From an uncultured bacterium (GTDB taxonomy: Bacteria > Planctomycetota > UBA1135 > GCA-002686595), in assembly GCA_943787795.1 (NCBI GenBank), contig CALSNU010000001.1:384001-448000 (forward strand): a stretch of DNA of 64,000 nt. The letters are read 5' to 3'. The position numbers were made by a program, and so were the translations under genes. The notes below the pieces were generated by a model. The model made no database searches, was not told the origin of the DNA, and saw nothing but the letters and a program-made list of their open reading frames with translations. Positions 9,902 through 20,901 of the stretch are shown here, piece by piece (the first letter of the stretch is position 1; the number at the start of each line of letters is the position of its first letter).

Positions 9902-10615
9902 CTACGACTCGTCGGGGGGGGTGTTTCGACCTCCTTCTCTTCGATCGAAGCTGGAAATGAAGGGCAGGACACGCCCGGCGAGGAAGTCGTAGGTCTTCAG
10001 CACGTTCTGCTCGAGCGCCTCGAGCCCACCGGCGGGGTCGGCGGGTCCGAAGGTGCCGTGCACCTCGATATAGAGGGAGCGAAGATCAGCGCTGTACGAC
10101 TCGATCCGGAGGCCGAATGCGCTGTCATCCCCGGGCTCGGGGCTGAAGCCCAGGCGCAGGCCCACCAGCTGGGACGTCCGGCCGAGCGTCTCCAACTCGT
10201 CGCCGAAGCCGAAGACGCGGTCCTTCAGGAAGGCGCGCGTGTCGGTCTGCGTGCGCGGATTGACCAGGCTCTGGAGGACCACCTGCTGGGCTGACAGCGT
10301 CGTGATGCCCCGCAGGGGGGCGGCGCGCTCGGCGATCTCGCGGACCCGGGCGGCGAAGGCCTCATGGGTGAGCGTGCCCTTCTCCTCCCGGAATTGGATC
10401 CGATCGGCCAGGAAGGCCACCTGCGACACTGCGCCCGGGGTCGCCATCGGGTTGGAGAGGATGGGGCCGATCGGGCTCACCTGGAAGCCCGCATAAGCGG
10501 GCTGGCCGCCCTCGAACATCTCATTATGAAGCCGCTGGATGGGCCTCGGGTCGGGTGCGATCGCCGGGTGAAGAAGCTCGCAAAGGAGGGCAATTGTGCG
10601 CGTGGGATAGGCCAT
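9902..10615 (-). CDS. hypothetical cytoplasmic protein (possibly TIGR04255-like)
   Basis: 237-aa ORF, first of a tightly packed 4-gene run; TAGGTT -10-like element upstream. Confidence 0.7.
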   Translation of the reverse strand: MAYPTRTIALLCELLHPAIAPDPRPIQRLHNEMFEGGQPAYAGFQVSPIGPILSNPMATPGAVSQVAFLADRIQFREEKGTLTHEAFAARVREIAERAAPLRGITTLSAQQVVLQSLVNPRTQTDTRAFLKDRVFGFGDELETLGRTSQLVGLRLGFSPEPGDDSAFGLRIESYSADLRSLYIEVHGTFGPADPAGGLEALEQNVLKTYDFLAGRVLPFISSFDRREGGRNTPPDES

Positions 10616-10854
10616 GGAATGCCGATCAACCTACCCGGGAGCGACCCTCTCTGCTTGGACTCGCCCGCGTCCCTTCGCGCCACAAGCGCCAGCGCCCAAG
10701 GACCCTGCAACCCAGTTCCCGCTTTCTTCTCTCACGACGGGAGTGGCTCCGTAGGATCCTGTCCCGAAAACCCATCTGATTGACCCGCGCGACCCGGCCC
10801 GCCCCTCGAATCGGGCCCTCACCACCGCGCAGTCTGCTCAACCTCTCTGGACCG

Positions 10855-12669
10855 ATGAAGAATCGCCTCCTCCTCACTCTCCCGCTCCTCGGCCTCGCCG
10901 CTCCTGCCGCCCACGCTGAGCCGCTGGTCCCTGTCACCGTTCCCCAGGCCGATGACGCCGCGGCCGCGACCTCCGAGTTCGGCGAGCCCGTCTTCGTGAA
11001 TGGGGTGCGCATCTCCGACATGGCGATCAAGCGCTTCCTCGTCTACGGCCCTGGCCGCAACGGGCTGGACGCGCGCAAGCTCCAGATCCTGATGGACCAC
11101 GAGCGTGAGATCCGCGTGGATGAGGTCCGCGAGGTGGTGGCCGCCGACATGGCGGGCGCCAGCGACGAGGCGGTCGCCGCTGAGGTCGCCAAGCGCATGG
11201 AGCGCTTCGACCTCGACACGTCCTTCGTGGACCGCCGGCTCGCGGCCGAGAAGGCCAGCTTTCAGGAGCGCTTTCCGACGCTCGACCATGAGGTCGAGCT
11301 GCGGCGCGCGTACGGGTCGGGGGACTGGTATCGAGACCAGGTCCGTCAGACCATGGAGTTCGATCGGCTCTTCTTCCCGGAGCACCCCGACAGCTGGCCG
11401 ATGCTGTCCGTCGAGGCGATCCAGGGCGGCTCTCCCCAGGTGGACCTGATCGCGGACTACGCGCGGGAATTCGAACGCCGCCTCGCCGTCTCCGAGGAGA
11501 CCGGCGAGCCGATCGTGGCCGAGCAGGAGATGATGATGTCGCTCCTGCGAGACTTCGTGATGCAGGCTCTGTGGAGCCTCGCTGAGGTCAAGACGGCGAC
11601 GCAGGGGATCCCCGAGGAGCTCGCCATGGTCATCGACGGCGGCGACTGGAGCGCCGAGGTCAAGACCCAGGGGGTGTTCGACGAGATGCGCGTGGCCTTC
11701 AGCGCCCAGGACATCGAGGACGCCAAGCTCTGCCTCGCGCTCCTCGAGGCGGCCCGTCAGAAGCTGGAGGCCGAGGGTGTCCTCAGCAGCGATGAGGAAT
11801 TCCAGACCATGGTCGCGAGCATCCGCGAGCAAATGGCGAACTCCATGTTCAACATGGACTTCCTCGCGCTCCAGGGCCACGGCTTCCCCTCAGCGGAGAC
11901 CTACGAGCAGCACCTCCGCTTGGTGGACTCCTTCAAGTCAGGCCGCACGGCCGCGCTCGAGATCGGTGACAACGGTGAGCTCGGAGCCGAGCTCCAGGCG
12001 CACCTCCCGATCGCCAACGGGATCATGGGGCTCGCGAAGGCGCGGGCGGAGATCCTCATGGTCTCGGCCTTCGACTTCCCTTCGTTCTCGTGGAAGGAGA
12101 ACGGCTGGGAGGACGCCTACGAGCAGGCCACCGCGCTGCGCGGCCAGGTGGACGCTTACCTCGCCGCCCTCGCGACCGAGGCCGACGCCCGGGCGGCGGC
12201 TGCAGAGAAGGGTGAGAACTTCGCCCCCGAGCAGGAGCTGCTCCCGTTCGATCGCTGGTGGACGGACCTGCTCCGTCAGAACAGCGACTACTGGGACCCG
12301 CCCCTGCCGGCCACCGGGAAGCAGCCGCCCGCCATCGGTCTCAAGAACTTCGGCGCCTTCAACGAGGAGCCGATGACCCGCAACGACATGAAGCGGGCGA
12401 TCGGAGAGTCCGAGTACGAGCACTTCCTCGCGAACGGAGCCCTCGTCGACACCATCTTCTTCGACATGGAGCCGGGCACCGTCGCCGGGCCCTACCGCGG
12501 GCCGAAGGGCTTCTACCTCATCTACCTGAAGGGGCGTACTCGCCCGACCAATCCGCTCAACCTGCGGACCGAGCGGCACCGGCAGATGATCCAGGAGGAC
12601 TGGGTCCGCAAGGCCTTCCAGGCTTACGCGCACGAGGCCCTGGCGTCAGCCGAGACGAGCGGCCTCTGA
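10855..12669 (+). CDS. exported SurA/PrsA-like protein with C-terminal parvulin-like region
   Basis: Signal peptide MKNRLLL..AHA; N-terminal VFVNGVRIS; C-terminal FFDMEPGTVAGPYRGPKGFYLIYL. Confidence 0.7.
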   Translation: MKNRLLLTLPLLGLAAPAAHAEPLVPVTVPQADDAAAATSEFGEPVFVNGVRISDMAIKRFLVYGPGRNGLDARKLQILMDHEREIRVDEVREVVAADMAGASDEAVAAEVAKRMERFDLDTSFVDRRLAAEKASFQERFPTLDHEVELRRAYGSGDWYRDQVRQTMEFDRLFFPEHPDSWPMLSVEAIQGGSPQVDLIADYAREFERRLAVSEETGEPIVAEQEMMMSLLRDFVMQALWSLAEVKTATQGIPEELAMVIDGGDWSAEVKTQGVFDEMRVAFSAQDIEDAKLCLALLEAARQKLEAEGVLSSDEEFQTMVASIREQMANSMFNMDFLALQGHGFPSAETYEQHLRLVDSFKSGRTAALEIGDNGELGAELQAHLPIANGIMGLAKARAEILMVSAFDFPSFSWKENGWEDAYEQATALRGQVDAYLAALATEADARAAAAEKGENFAPEQELLPFDRWWTDLLRQNSDYWDPPLPATGKQPPAIGLKNFGAFNEEPMTRNDMKRAIGESEYEHFLANGALVDTIFFDMEPGTVAGPYRGPKGFYLIYLKGRTRPTNPLNLRTERHRQMIQEDWVRKAFQAYAHEALASAETSGL

Positions 12670-12695
12670 GCTGCAATCGAGGCCATCGGCCGCCC

Positions 12696-12740
12696 CGCGA
12701 GGCGCCCCCGGATGACCCGGGGGCGCCTCGCGCCCGTTTT
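12696..12740 (+). terminator. Rho-independent terminator-like hairpin
   Basis: Perfect 16-bp stem (12696-12711 with 12717-12732), 5-nt loop, followed by CCCGTTTT. Confidence 0.75.
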
Positions 12741-12790
12741 GAACCGATTCCGGGTGGAAGCCTGCATGAAGCGCCCTAGCTTCGCGCCCC

Positions 12791-14806
<2,016 letters not shown>

Positions 14807-14924
14807 GGGGCTGCCGGGCAGTCTTCTGCCCCGAGGGCGGTCAGGCGTGAGCGGCGAGCTCGCGCAGCGAACGCGAGCGCGCCGCCCGGCGGTGACGACG
14901 TCGCGCGGCCGCGAGAGACATCCC

Positions 14925-16886
14925 TCAGCGTACGCGGCGTAGCTCGACCTCGCCGAGGGACGGCGGCTTCTCGAAGGGGCCGCCCGCGAACTCGATGCGC
15001 AGGGTGCCCACGGGCACCGGCTTCTTGAGGCTGATCGTGGTCTTCACCCGGCGGTCAGGGTCCATCTTGCCTGTGATGGCATCCCGGTCCTTGCCGTTGA
15101 TCGTGATCTTGAACGCTCCGAAGCGGGGGCTGCCGGGGCGCCCATGGCTGAGCACGATTTGATTGGTCTTGAGCTTCTTCCGGGTGGTGATCTCGACCCA
15201 GGGGGCGGCGTCCGTGGGGGTGGGGCTCCAGCCCACGCCGGTCATTCGATCGATGACACCCGCGGCCTTGCCCTGGGCGCCGGTCCCCTCGGAGGACGCG
15301 GTCGCCTGGACCTTGACCATCCGGAGCAGGTTCAGGTCCATGTCCGTCGCGTACTCATCCCACTCAGGTCGGTCCTTCATGCCCACCCGGATGCGCAGTG
15401 GCTTGGACTTCAGGGGGTCGGACTTGCCCTCGACGAAGACGTGTGCGGTGACGTCGCACATGCGCGGTCCGTCGAGGTCGCACTGGATGGCGTAGCGCTG
15501 CCGCGCCATGGCGCCGTCATCGTCCGCGACGATCGAGGCGATGAGGACCTGACCGGCCTCTCCCTCGAAGGGCGGCCGCCAGTACTCGACGCGCTCGACC
15601 CCAACGGGGCCGTCGCCGTCCTCTCCTGACGCATACTTGAAGGAGGCGTCTTTGCCGAAGGACGAGATCCAGATCGTGGTCTTGGAGCGGCCGTTGGCTC
15701 GCAGGGAGACGTCCGACTTGGGGTCATCTTCGCCGAAGGCCCAGCGGTTGCCCTTGACCGCCTTCGTCTTGCCAGAGATCGGTCCGAAGGACCCCGTGGC
15801 GCGAGAGAGGAAGAGCAGCGAGAAGGCTGTCTCCGCCTCGTTGCCCCAGCGCCCCTGTTCGTTCTGCTTCGCGACGAGGCTCTCGGCGCCGAGCTGGTAC
15901 CAGGGCTTGCCGCCGATGAGTCCGTCCTTGAGGAGCGAGCCGACCCGCTCGATGCCGTAGAGGTAGTAGTAGAACCGCCCCATGGATCCCGACTCCGAGG
16001 TGGGGACCGGATTGCGCTCGGTATCGAAGTGCACATCAATCCAGTGCTTCCCCTCCGCAAGGGCACGCTCATACGGGCCCTTCCGGCCCCTCATCTGCTC
16101 GATGCAGATCGCGAGCACCGCGACGCCCGCGGCCGTCATGCTGCCCGTCGCGTGTTCCGCGTTGGTCGTGTAGCGAAAGCCCCGCGCGCGGAGGCCACTC
16201 TCGACACCCTTCACTGGCTCGGCATAGTCGAGCACGGCGTCAGCGAGGCGCTTCCAGACCTTCGAGGGGATGGAGACTCCGGCCGCTGCCGCCGACCGCA
16301 GGGCCATGGCGGCGTACTGGGTGTTCGAGAGGTCGGGGTGACTGGTCGGGTACGCCCACCCCTCGTTGACCTGGGTATCGAGCAGCTCCTCCACCAGCTG
16401 CTCCATCCACTCCTCGTCTTGCTTGAGCCCGCGGGTCGCGACCGCGAGCAGGACGCAGGACCGGCTGTAGGTCTTCTTCGCCGGGTGGCGCTCCATGAAC
16501 GCGAAGCCTCGCCGGATCGCGGGATGCTCCTGGGGGAGGCCCGACTTCATCAGCGCATACAGGGCGAGTCCGGTCATTCCCGGGCCGTAGTTGTCCAGGT
16601 TCTGGAGCCACGAACCGTCGATGGATTGGAGCGTGAGCAGGTGCTCGATACCGAGGTCCAGGGACTTGCTGATGTCACTCTGGAGCTTGGCGGGGACCTC
16701 CCTCATGCCCGGTGCCGGCCCGTCCCCCTTGTTCTGGGCAAGGCTCGAAGGGGCCATGGCGACGAGCAGGACGGCGCCGCAGAGGCCGGTCAACAGCGCC
16801 CGCCAGGCGGCCGTTGACCGACGGGTCATCGACCGGAGGGGGGGCGTCGGCCAGGCCGTGGTCGTCGGAGAGGAGTCGATGGGCAT
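14925..16886 (-). CDS. exported prenyltransferase/squalene-oxidase-repeat (alpha/alpha barrel) protein with C-terminal discoidin-like domain
   Basis: QW-like repeats (LQSIDGSW, KQNEQGRW), DLSNTQYA, SMTAAG, YYYLYGIERVG; start may be 16886 or 16829; the ORF-track extension to 17195 overlaps ispF. Confidence 0.75.
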   Translation of the reverse strand: MPIDSSPTTTAWPTPPLRSMTRRSTAAWRALLTGLCGAVLLVAMAPSSLAQNKGDGPAPGMREVPAKLQSDISKSLDLGIEHLLTLQSIDGSWLQNLDNYGPGMTGLALYALMKSGLPQEHPAIRRGFAFMERHPAKKTYSRSCVLLAVATRGLKQDEEWMEQLVEELLDTQVNEGWAYPTSHPDLSNTQYAAMALRSAAAAGVSIPSKVWKRLADAVLDYAEPVKGVESGLRARGFRYTTNAEHATGSMTAAGVAVLAICIEQMRGRKGPYERALAEGKHWIDVHFDTERNPVPTSESGSMGRFYYYLYGIERVGSLLKDGLIGGKPWYQLGAESLVAKQNEQGRWGNEAETAFSLLFLSRATGSFGPISGKTKAVKGNRWAFGEDDPKSDVSLRANGRSKTTIWISSFGKDASFKYASGEDGDGPVGVERVEYWRPPFEGEAGQVLIASIVADDDGAMARQRYAIQCDLDGPRMCDVTAHVFVEGKSDPLKSKPLRIRVGMKDRPEWDEYATDMDLNLLRMVKVQATASSEGTGAQGKAAGVIDRMTGVGWSPTPTDAAPWVEITTRKKLKTNQIVLSHGRPGSPRFGAFKITINGKDRDAITGKMDPDRRVKTTISLKKPVPVGTLRIEFAGGPFEKPPSLGEVELRRVR

Positions 16887-16984
16887 GGAGGATGGAGGAG
16901 GGCGCCGCGCTCCTCTGACCTTACCCACCTCCGCCGGATTCACCACAGGGGGCAAGCCCGGGTTCCACCTGGCCTCATCCAGCC

Positions 16985-17464
16985 TCAGATGGCCTCGAGC
17001 AGGCAGACGGCCTGGACGGCGACGCCCGCACCGTCTGCGAGGGCGCCCATGCCCTCGAGGGTCTTGCCCTTCACGTTGACCGCGCCGGCATCCACTCCTG
17101 AGAGCTCTGCGATCCGGGCACGCATGGCGGCTCGATGGGGCTTGATCCGCGGGCCCTCGGTCGCGATCACCACGTCGAGGTTCACCAGGGTCCAACCGGC
17201 GGCGTGGACCAGGCGGACGGCCTCCTTGAAGAGCGCCGCGCTGTCCGCGCCCTTCCAGCGCGGGTCGTCGTCGGGGAAGAGCGTGCCGATGTCATCCAGG
17301 CCAGCCGCGCCGGTGACGGCATCGGTGAGCGCGTGGAGGACGGCGTCCCCGTCAGAGTGTCCGGCGGGACCTGTGGGGTGCGGGAGCGTGATCCCGCCGA
17401 GAACACAGGGGCGTCCATCCTCCAGGCGGTGGAGATCGAAGCCCAGGCCGACGCGCATGCTCAC
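16985..17464 (-). CDS. ispF: 2-C-methyl-D-erythritol 2,4-cyclodiphosphate synthase
   Basis: MRVGLGFDLH, GHSDGDAVLHALTDA, DIGTLFPD, NVKGKT. Confidence 0.97.
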   Translation of the reverse strand: MSMRVGLGFDLHRLEDGRPCVLGGITLPHPTGPAGHSDGDAVLHALTDAVTGAAGLDDIGTLFPDDDPRWKGADSAALFKEAVRLVHAAGWTLVNLDVVIATEGPRIKPHRAAMRARIAELSGVDAGAVNVKGKTLEGMGALADGAGVAVQAVCLLEAI

Positions 17465-18198
17465 GCGGCACCTCCGTCGGCGCCGTCGAGGAGTGCGGCC
17501 AGCGCCGCGCCGAGGACGAGGTCATCCGGAGCGGTCATCTTGACGTTGTTGCGGGAGCCTTCCACGACCCTGGAGGGCCCGTGGTAGTGCTCATGCAACC
17601 CCGCATCGTCGGTGGGGCGGAAGCCGTCTCGCTCAGCCCGGGCGAGGACATCGTGGAAGCGCGCGGCGCGCATGCCTTGCGGAGTCTGCGCGGCCCAGTA
17701 TTGGTCGCGGTCCATGGACTCCTCCGAGAGGAAGCCGTTGGGGACGTACTTGAGCGTGTCGCTGACCCGGGTCCCCAGGAGCGCGCTGCCGTGCTCGTAG
17801 GCGGCGCGAGCGACGGACTCCACATGGTCTGGCTCGACGAAGCACCGCGCCGCGTCGTGGACGAGGATGACGTCCACGTCGTCCGACGTGGCACGGACCC
17901 CCGCGTGCACGGAGTCTGTTCGCTCCGCGCCTCCTTCCACGAGGGCGTGGACCGAGCCGCGGTGCGCGTGCAGGGCCTCTTCGACCGCGCCGCGGTCTTC
18001 CTCCCGGATGACCACGACCAGCTCGACGACGGAGGGCGCGGCGAGCAGGGCGGCCGCGGAGCGCTCAAGGATCGTCCGGTCACCGAGCGTTCGCAGGGCC
18101 TTTGAGGTCTCGCCGCCCATGCGAGTGGACGCACCTGCAGCGAGGAGGACGGCAGCCGACCGGAGTTCCGGTCCTTCGTGTGGGTCTCTGAGCTCCAT
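17461..18198 (-). CDS. ispD: 2-C-methyl-D-erythritol 4-phosphate cytidylyltransferase
   Basis: LLAAGASTRMG, GGAERTDSV, ILVHDAAR, AQTPQ, TDD, NVKMT; overlaps ispF; start 18198 or 18213. Confidence 0.96.
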   Translation of the reverse strand: MELRDPHEGPELRSAAVLLAAGASTRMGGETSKALRTLGDRTILERSAAALLAAPSVVELVVVIREEDRGAVEEALHAHRGSVHALVEGGAERTDSVHAGVRATSDDVDVILVHDAARCFVEPDHVESVARAAYEHGSALLGTRVSDTLKYVPNGFLSEESMDRDQYWAAQTPQGMRAARFHDVLARAERDGFRPTDDAGLHEHYHGPSRVVEGSRNNVKMTAPDDLVLGAALAALLDGADGGAA

Positions 18199-18294
18199 GG
18201 ATGTGGGCTGCACGGCCCCTTTGCGGGGCGCGTTTCTCGACGCAGCGCCGATAACGTAGGCTCAAGCTCCGGCCGCCGCACGGTCGCAACGCCC

Positions 18295-18828
18295 ATGTCC
18301 ACCGCAGAACTTCCCCAGGTTCCCGAGGACCTCGCCTGGCCGGTGATCCTCGGGATCGACCCGGGGACGAGGCTGATGGGCTACGGCGCGATCATCCACC
18401 ACGCCGACGGGCCGAGGATGCTGGCTGCAGGGGCCATTCGAGGGGGGCCGTCCAAGGACGTCCCGACCCGGCTCGGCGAGATTCGACGCGAGCTGGACGT
18501 GCTGCTCGGTCGGCTTCGTCCCAGCGTCGTGGTGGTCGAGCACGCGTTCACCGCCATCAACATGCAGTCGGCGCTGCGGGTGGGTGAGGGGCGCGGGGTC
18601 GCGCTCTCCGCCGCGGTGGTGCACGGGGCCGAGGTCGTGCAGTACCAGGCGTCGGAGGCCAAGAAGTCGGTTGTGGGGGACGGGCAGGCCAAGAAGGAGA
18701 GGGTGGCGGCCATGGTCGCAGCCGAGCTCGGGCTGGAGGTCGTGCCCGAACCCATCGACGCCACGGACGCCCTCGCCCTCGCGCTGACCTACGTCCACCG
18801 ACAGCGGTTCGCGAACCGGCTCGGTTGA
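18295..18828 (+). CDS. ruvC: Holliday junction resolvase RuvC
   Basis: ILGIDPG, VVVE, KKSVVGDGQAKK, DATDALA. Confidence 0.95.
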   Translation: MSTAELPQVPEDLAWPVILGIDPGTRLMGYGAIIHHADGPRMLAAGAIRGGPSKDVPTRLGEIRRELDVLLGRLRPSVVVVEHAFTAINMQSALRVGEGRGVALSAAVVHGAEVVQYQASEAKKSVVGDGQAKKERVAAMVAAELGLEVVPEPIDATDALALALTYVHRQRFANRLG

Positions 18829-18920
18829 GCGTGGAGGGGGGCGTCCGCGCCGCCCCGGGCGCTGATCACTCCCCTGTGGGGCGGCCCCGTCTTCGTGGGA
18901 TGACCTCGTCCTTGTTGGAT

Positions 18921-18965
18921 GACTCTTTGTGGGGTGATTCTCTGTGGGGTGATTCTCTGTGGGAC
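18921..18965. repeat. 15-bp intergenic tandem repeat x3 (GATTCTCTGTGGGGT)
   Basis: Units at 18921, 18936 and 18951. Confidence 0.9.
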
Positions 18966-19246
18966 GATCCCGGCGAGTGGTGCAGCCGTCGGCCAACGCC
19001 AGAGCGCTAGCTGTGGCCAGATCGTGTCCGGGCAAAGGCCTGCGTGCGCCGCGGGCCTTCACGGGAGGTTGTCCGAGGGAATCGAGACAAATGAGCGTGA
19101 TTTGGGTGCGGAGAGCCCCCTCGCCCGCCGTTGACATCAGCAGGGAATGCCGCCGCCTACCTTGGGAGAGCGCATCCTGCAGGCCTCGTCGAGTGACGGG
19201 CCGTTCATAAAATCTGGCCCTCACTGGGAACGGGAGACGTGGAACG

Positions 19247-20200
19247 ATGAACCGCTGGGATCATGCGCGCCAACTGCTCCGGATCGGCCGCCGCGCCGAG
19301 ACCGGCGGGAGCCTTCCGGAGGAGCCCTTCCGGACGCCGATGGAGCGGGTCCAGCCAGGACCGCGCTCGGTCCGTTGCCGTTCCCTCTGCATCGCCAGCG
19401 GGAAGGGGGGGACGGGCAAGTCCTCCATGACGGCGGCGTTTGCTGACCTCCTCAGGGGCCACGGCAAGGTGCTCCTGCTGGACGCAGACCTCGGCTGCGC
19501 GAACGCCCACATCTTTCACGATGTCCACCCCGAGCACAGCTTCGCGGACGTGGTCGCCGGCGACCGCGGGGTGCATGAGATCGTGACGCCCTGCGCTCCC
19601 GGCCTCGACCTGCTCCCTGGCGGGTCGGGGGTCGGCCGCCTCGCCGGGCTACGGGAGTATGAGCTTGAGATGATCGGTCGGGGCCTCGCACGGGTCGAAT
19701 CGGACTACGACTTCCTCCTCGTGGACTCCGCCGCGGGCCTCTCCCGCCAGACGGTGGCCTTCGCCGCGGCATGCGACCAGACCGTCCTCGTGACGACCCC
19801 GGACGTCACGGCGATGACGGACGCGTACGCGTTCCTCAAGGTCTTCGTCCGGCAATGCGCCGCCCTTGGACAGCAGCGCGAGCTGCCTCTGCTCGTCGTG
19901 AACCGGGCCACCTCGGATCAGGAGGCCAAGGAGGTCGGCAGCCGGCTCCGTGATGTGACGGGCAAGTTCCTTGATCAGCGCCTCGAGGTGCTCGGCTGGA
20001 TCCCGGAGGACCGGGCGGTGTTCCGGTGCACGCAGCGTCGCCAATCGGTGGTCTCCGGCGAGCCGGAATCTGAGTTCGGGCGAGCGCTCGAGCAGGTGTC
20101 GAGCGACCTGCTGACCCGGCTCCAGGACAGCGATGGGACGGGCGCGGGTGAGCGACTCGAGGTGATGTCGACGCGGCCCGCCAAGACGCGGCGGGCCTGA
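19247..20200 (+). CDS. MinD/FlhG(FleN)-family ATPase
   Basis: Deviant Walker A ASGKGGTGKS, DADLGCAN, VDSAAG, VTTPDVTAMTDAYA, VVNR. Confidence 0.9.
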   Translation: MNRWDHARQLLRIGRRAETGGSLPEEPFRTPMERVQPGPRSVRCRSLCIASGKGGTGKSSMTAAFADLLRGHGKVLLLDADLGCANAHIFHDVHPEHSFADVVAGDRGVHEIVTPCAPGLDLLPGGSGVGRLAGLREYELEMIGRGLARVESDYDFLLVDSAAGLSRQTVAFAAACDQTVLVTTPDVTAMTDAYAFLKVFVRQCAALGQQRELPLLVVNRATSDQEAKEVGSRLRDVTGKFLDQRLEVLGWIPEDRAVFRCTQRRQSVVSGEPESEFGRALEQVSSDLLTRLQDSDGTGAGERLEVMSTRPAKTRRA

Positions 20201-20221
20201 TCGGCGGCCTGACGGGCGGGC

Positions 20222-20260
20222 CAGCTAGGCGGAGCAGCTAGGCGGAACAGCTAGGCGGAT
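20222..20260. repeat. 13-bp intergenic tandem repeat x3 (CAGCTAGGCGGAN)
   Basis: Read directly, just downstream of the ATPase gene. Confidence 0.92.
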
Positions 20261-20380
20261 CTGACGGGCGGGGACTTCTGATCGTTGCGCGTCGCCTTCT
20301 TCTCGTCCGGCCCGCGACGGGGCGAGCGCCCGTCCGTCTGATCGGACGTGGAGCGTACACAAGGAGCGGACCCACGGCGG

Positions 20381-20830
20381 ATGCCCGCTCGATCGCCGAG
20401 GGGGGTCGCGCGCGGCCGTGGGGGGAGCCTGGCCCTGATCTTGCTGGTCGGATGGTGGGGAGGGACCCTGGTGTCAGAGCACCGTGAAGCCCTCGCAGCG
20501 ACCCGGTGGTCGCAAGCCCTCGAGCTCGGGAGAGGCGCGCTCCCGGCGGAGTCCTGGCTGCCCCATCCCAGGGCCCTTCGTCGGGCCGCAGGGGTGGGGC
20601 CGAGGCGCTCGGTGGACCTGGCTCGATACCTCTGGGCTGAGGGTCCGGACGCCGACCTCGAGGCCCTCGCTGGCATCGGGCCCCGCACGGCCCGAGCGGC
20701 GCGCCAGGCCCTCGCCGAGGCTCCGACCGCGCCACTTGGGGCGCTCGGGCCGCCCTCGGCTGGATCACAGACGGGAACGGCGTCAGGTCATCAGGGCGGG
20801 AGCCCCTCCATGGTCGTGCCGGGTGGCTAG
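20381..20830 (+). CDS. membrane-anchored helix-hairpin-helix protein (ComEA-like)
   Basis: One TM segment, then two HhH-like motifs LRRAAGVGPRRS and LEALAGIGPRTA; start 20348 or 20381. Confidence 0.6.
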   Translation: MPARSPRGVARGRGGSLALILLVGWWGGTLVSEHREALAATRWSQALELGRGALPAESWLPHPRALRRAAGVGPRRSVDLARYLWAEGPDADLEALAGIGPRTARAARQALAEAPTAPLGALGPPSAGSQTGTASGHQGGSPSMVVPGG

Positions 20831-20901
20831 ACTATTCGGCGCCCTTGCGATGGGTCGCATCGGCAGCCCACCGTGCTCTCGGCACCGCGCTTCAGACGAC
20901 G

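Noticed and set aside
14925..16886. Squalene-hopene cyclase beside ispDF
   Set aside because: No DxDD motif, only one barrel, a signal peptide and extra beta domains. It fits a generic prenyltransferase-repeat protein.
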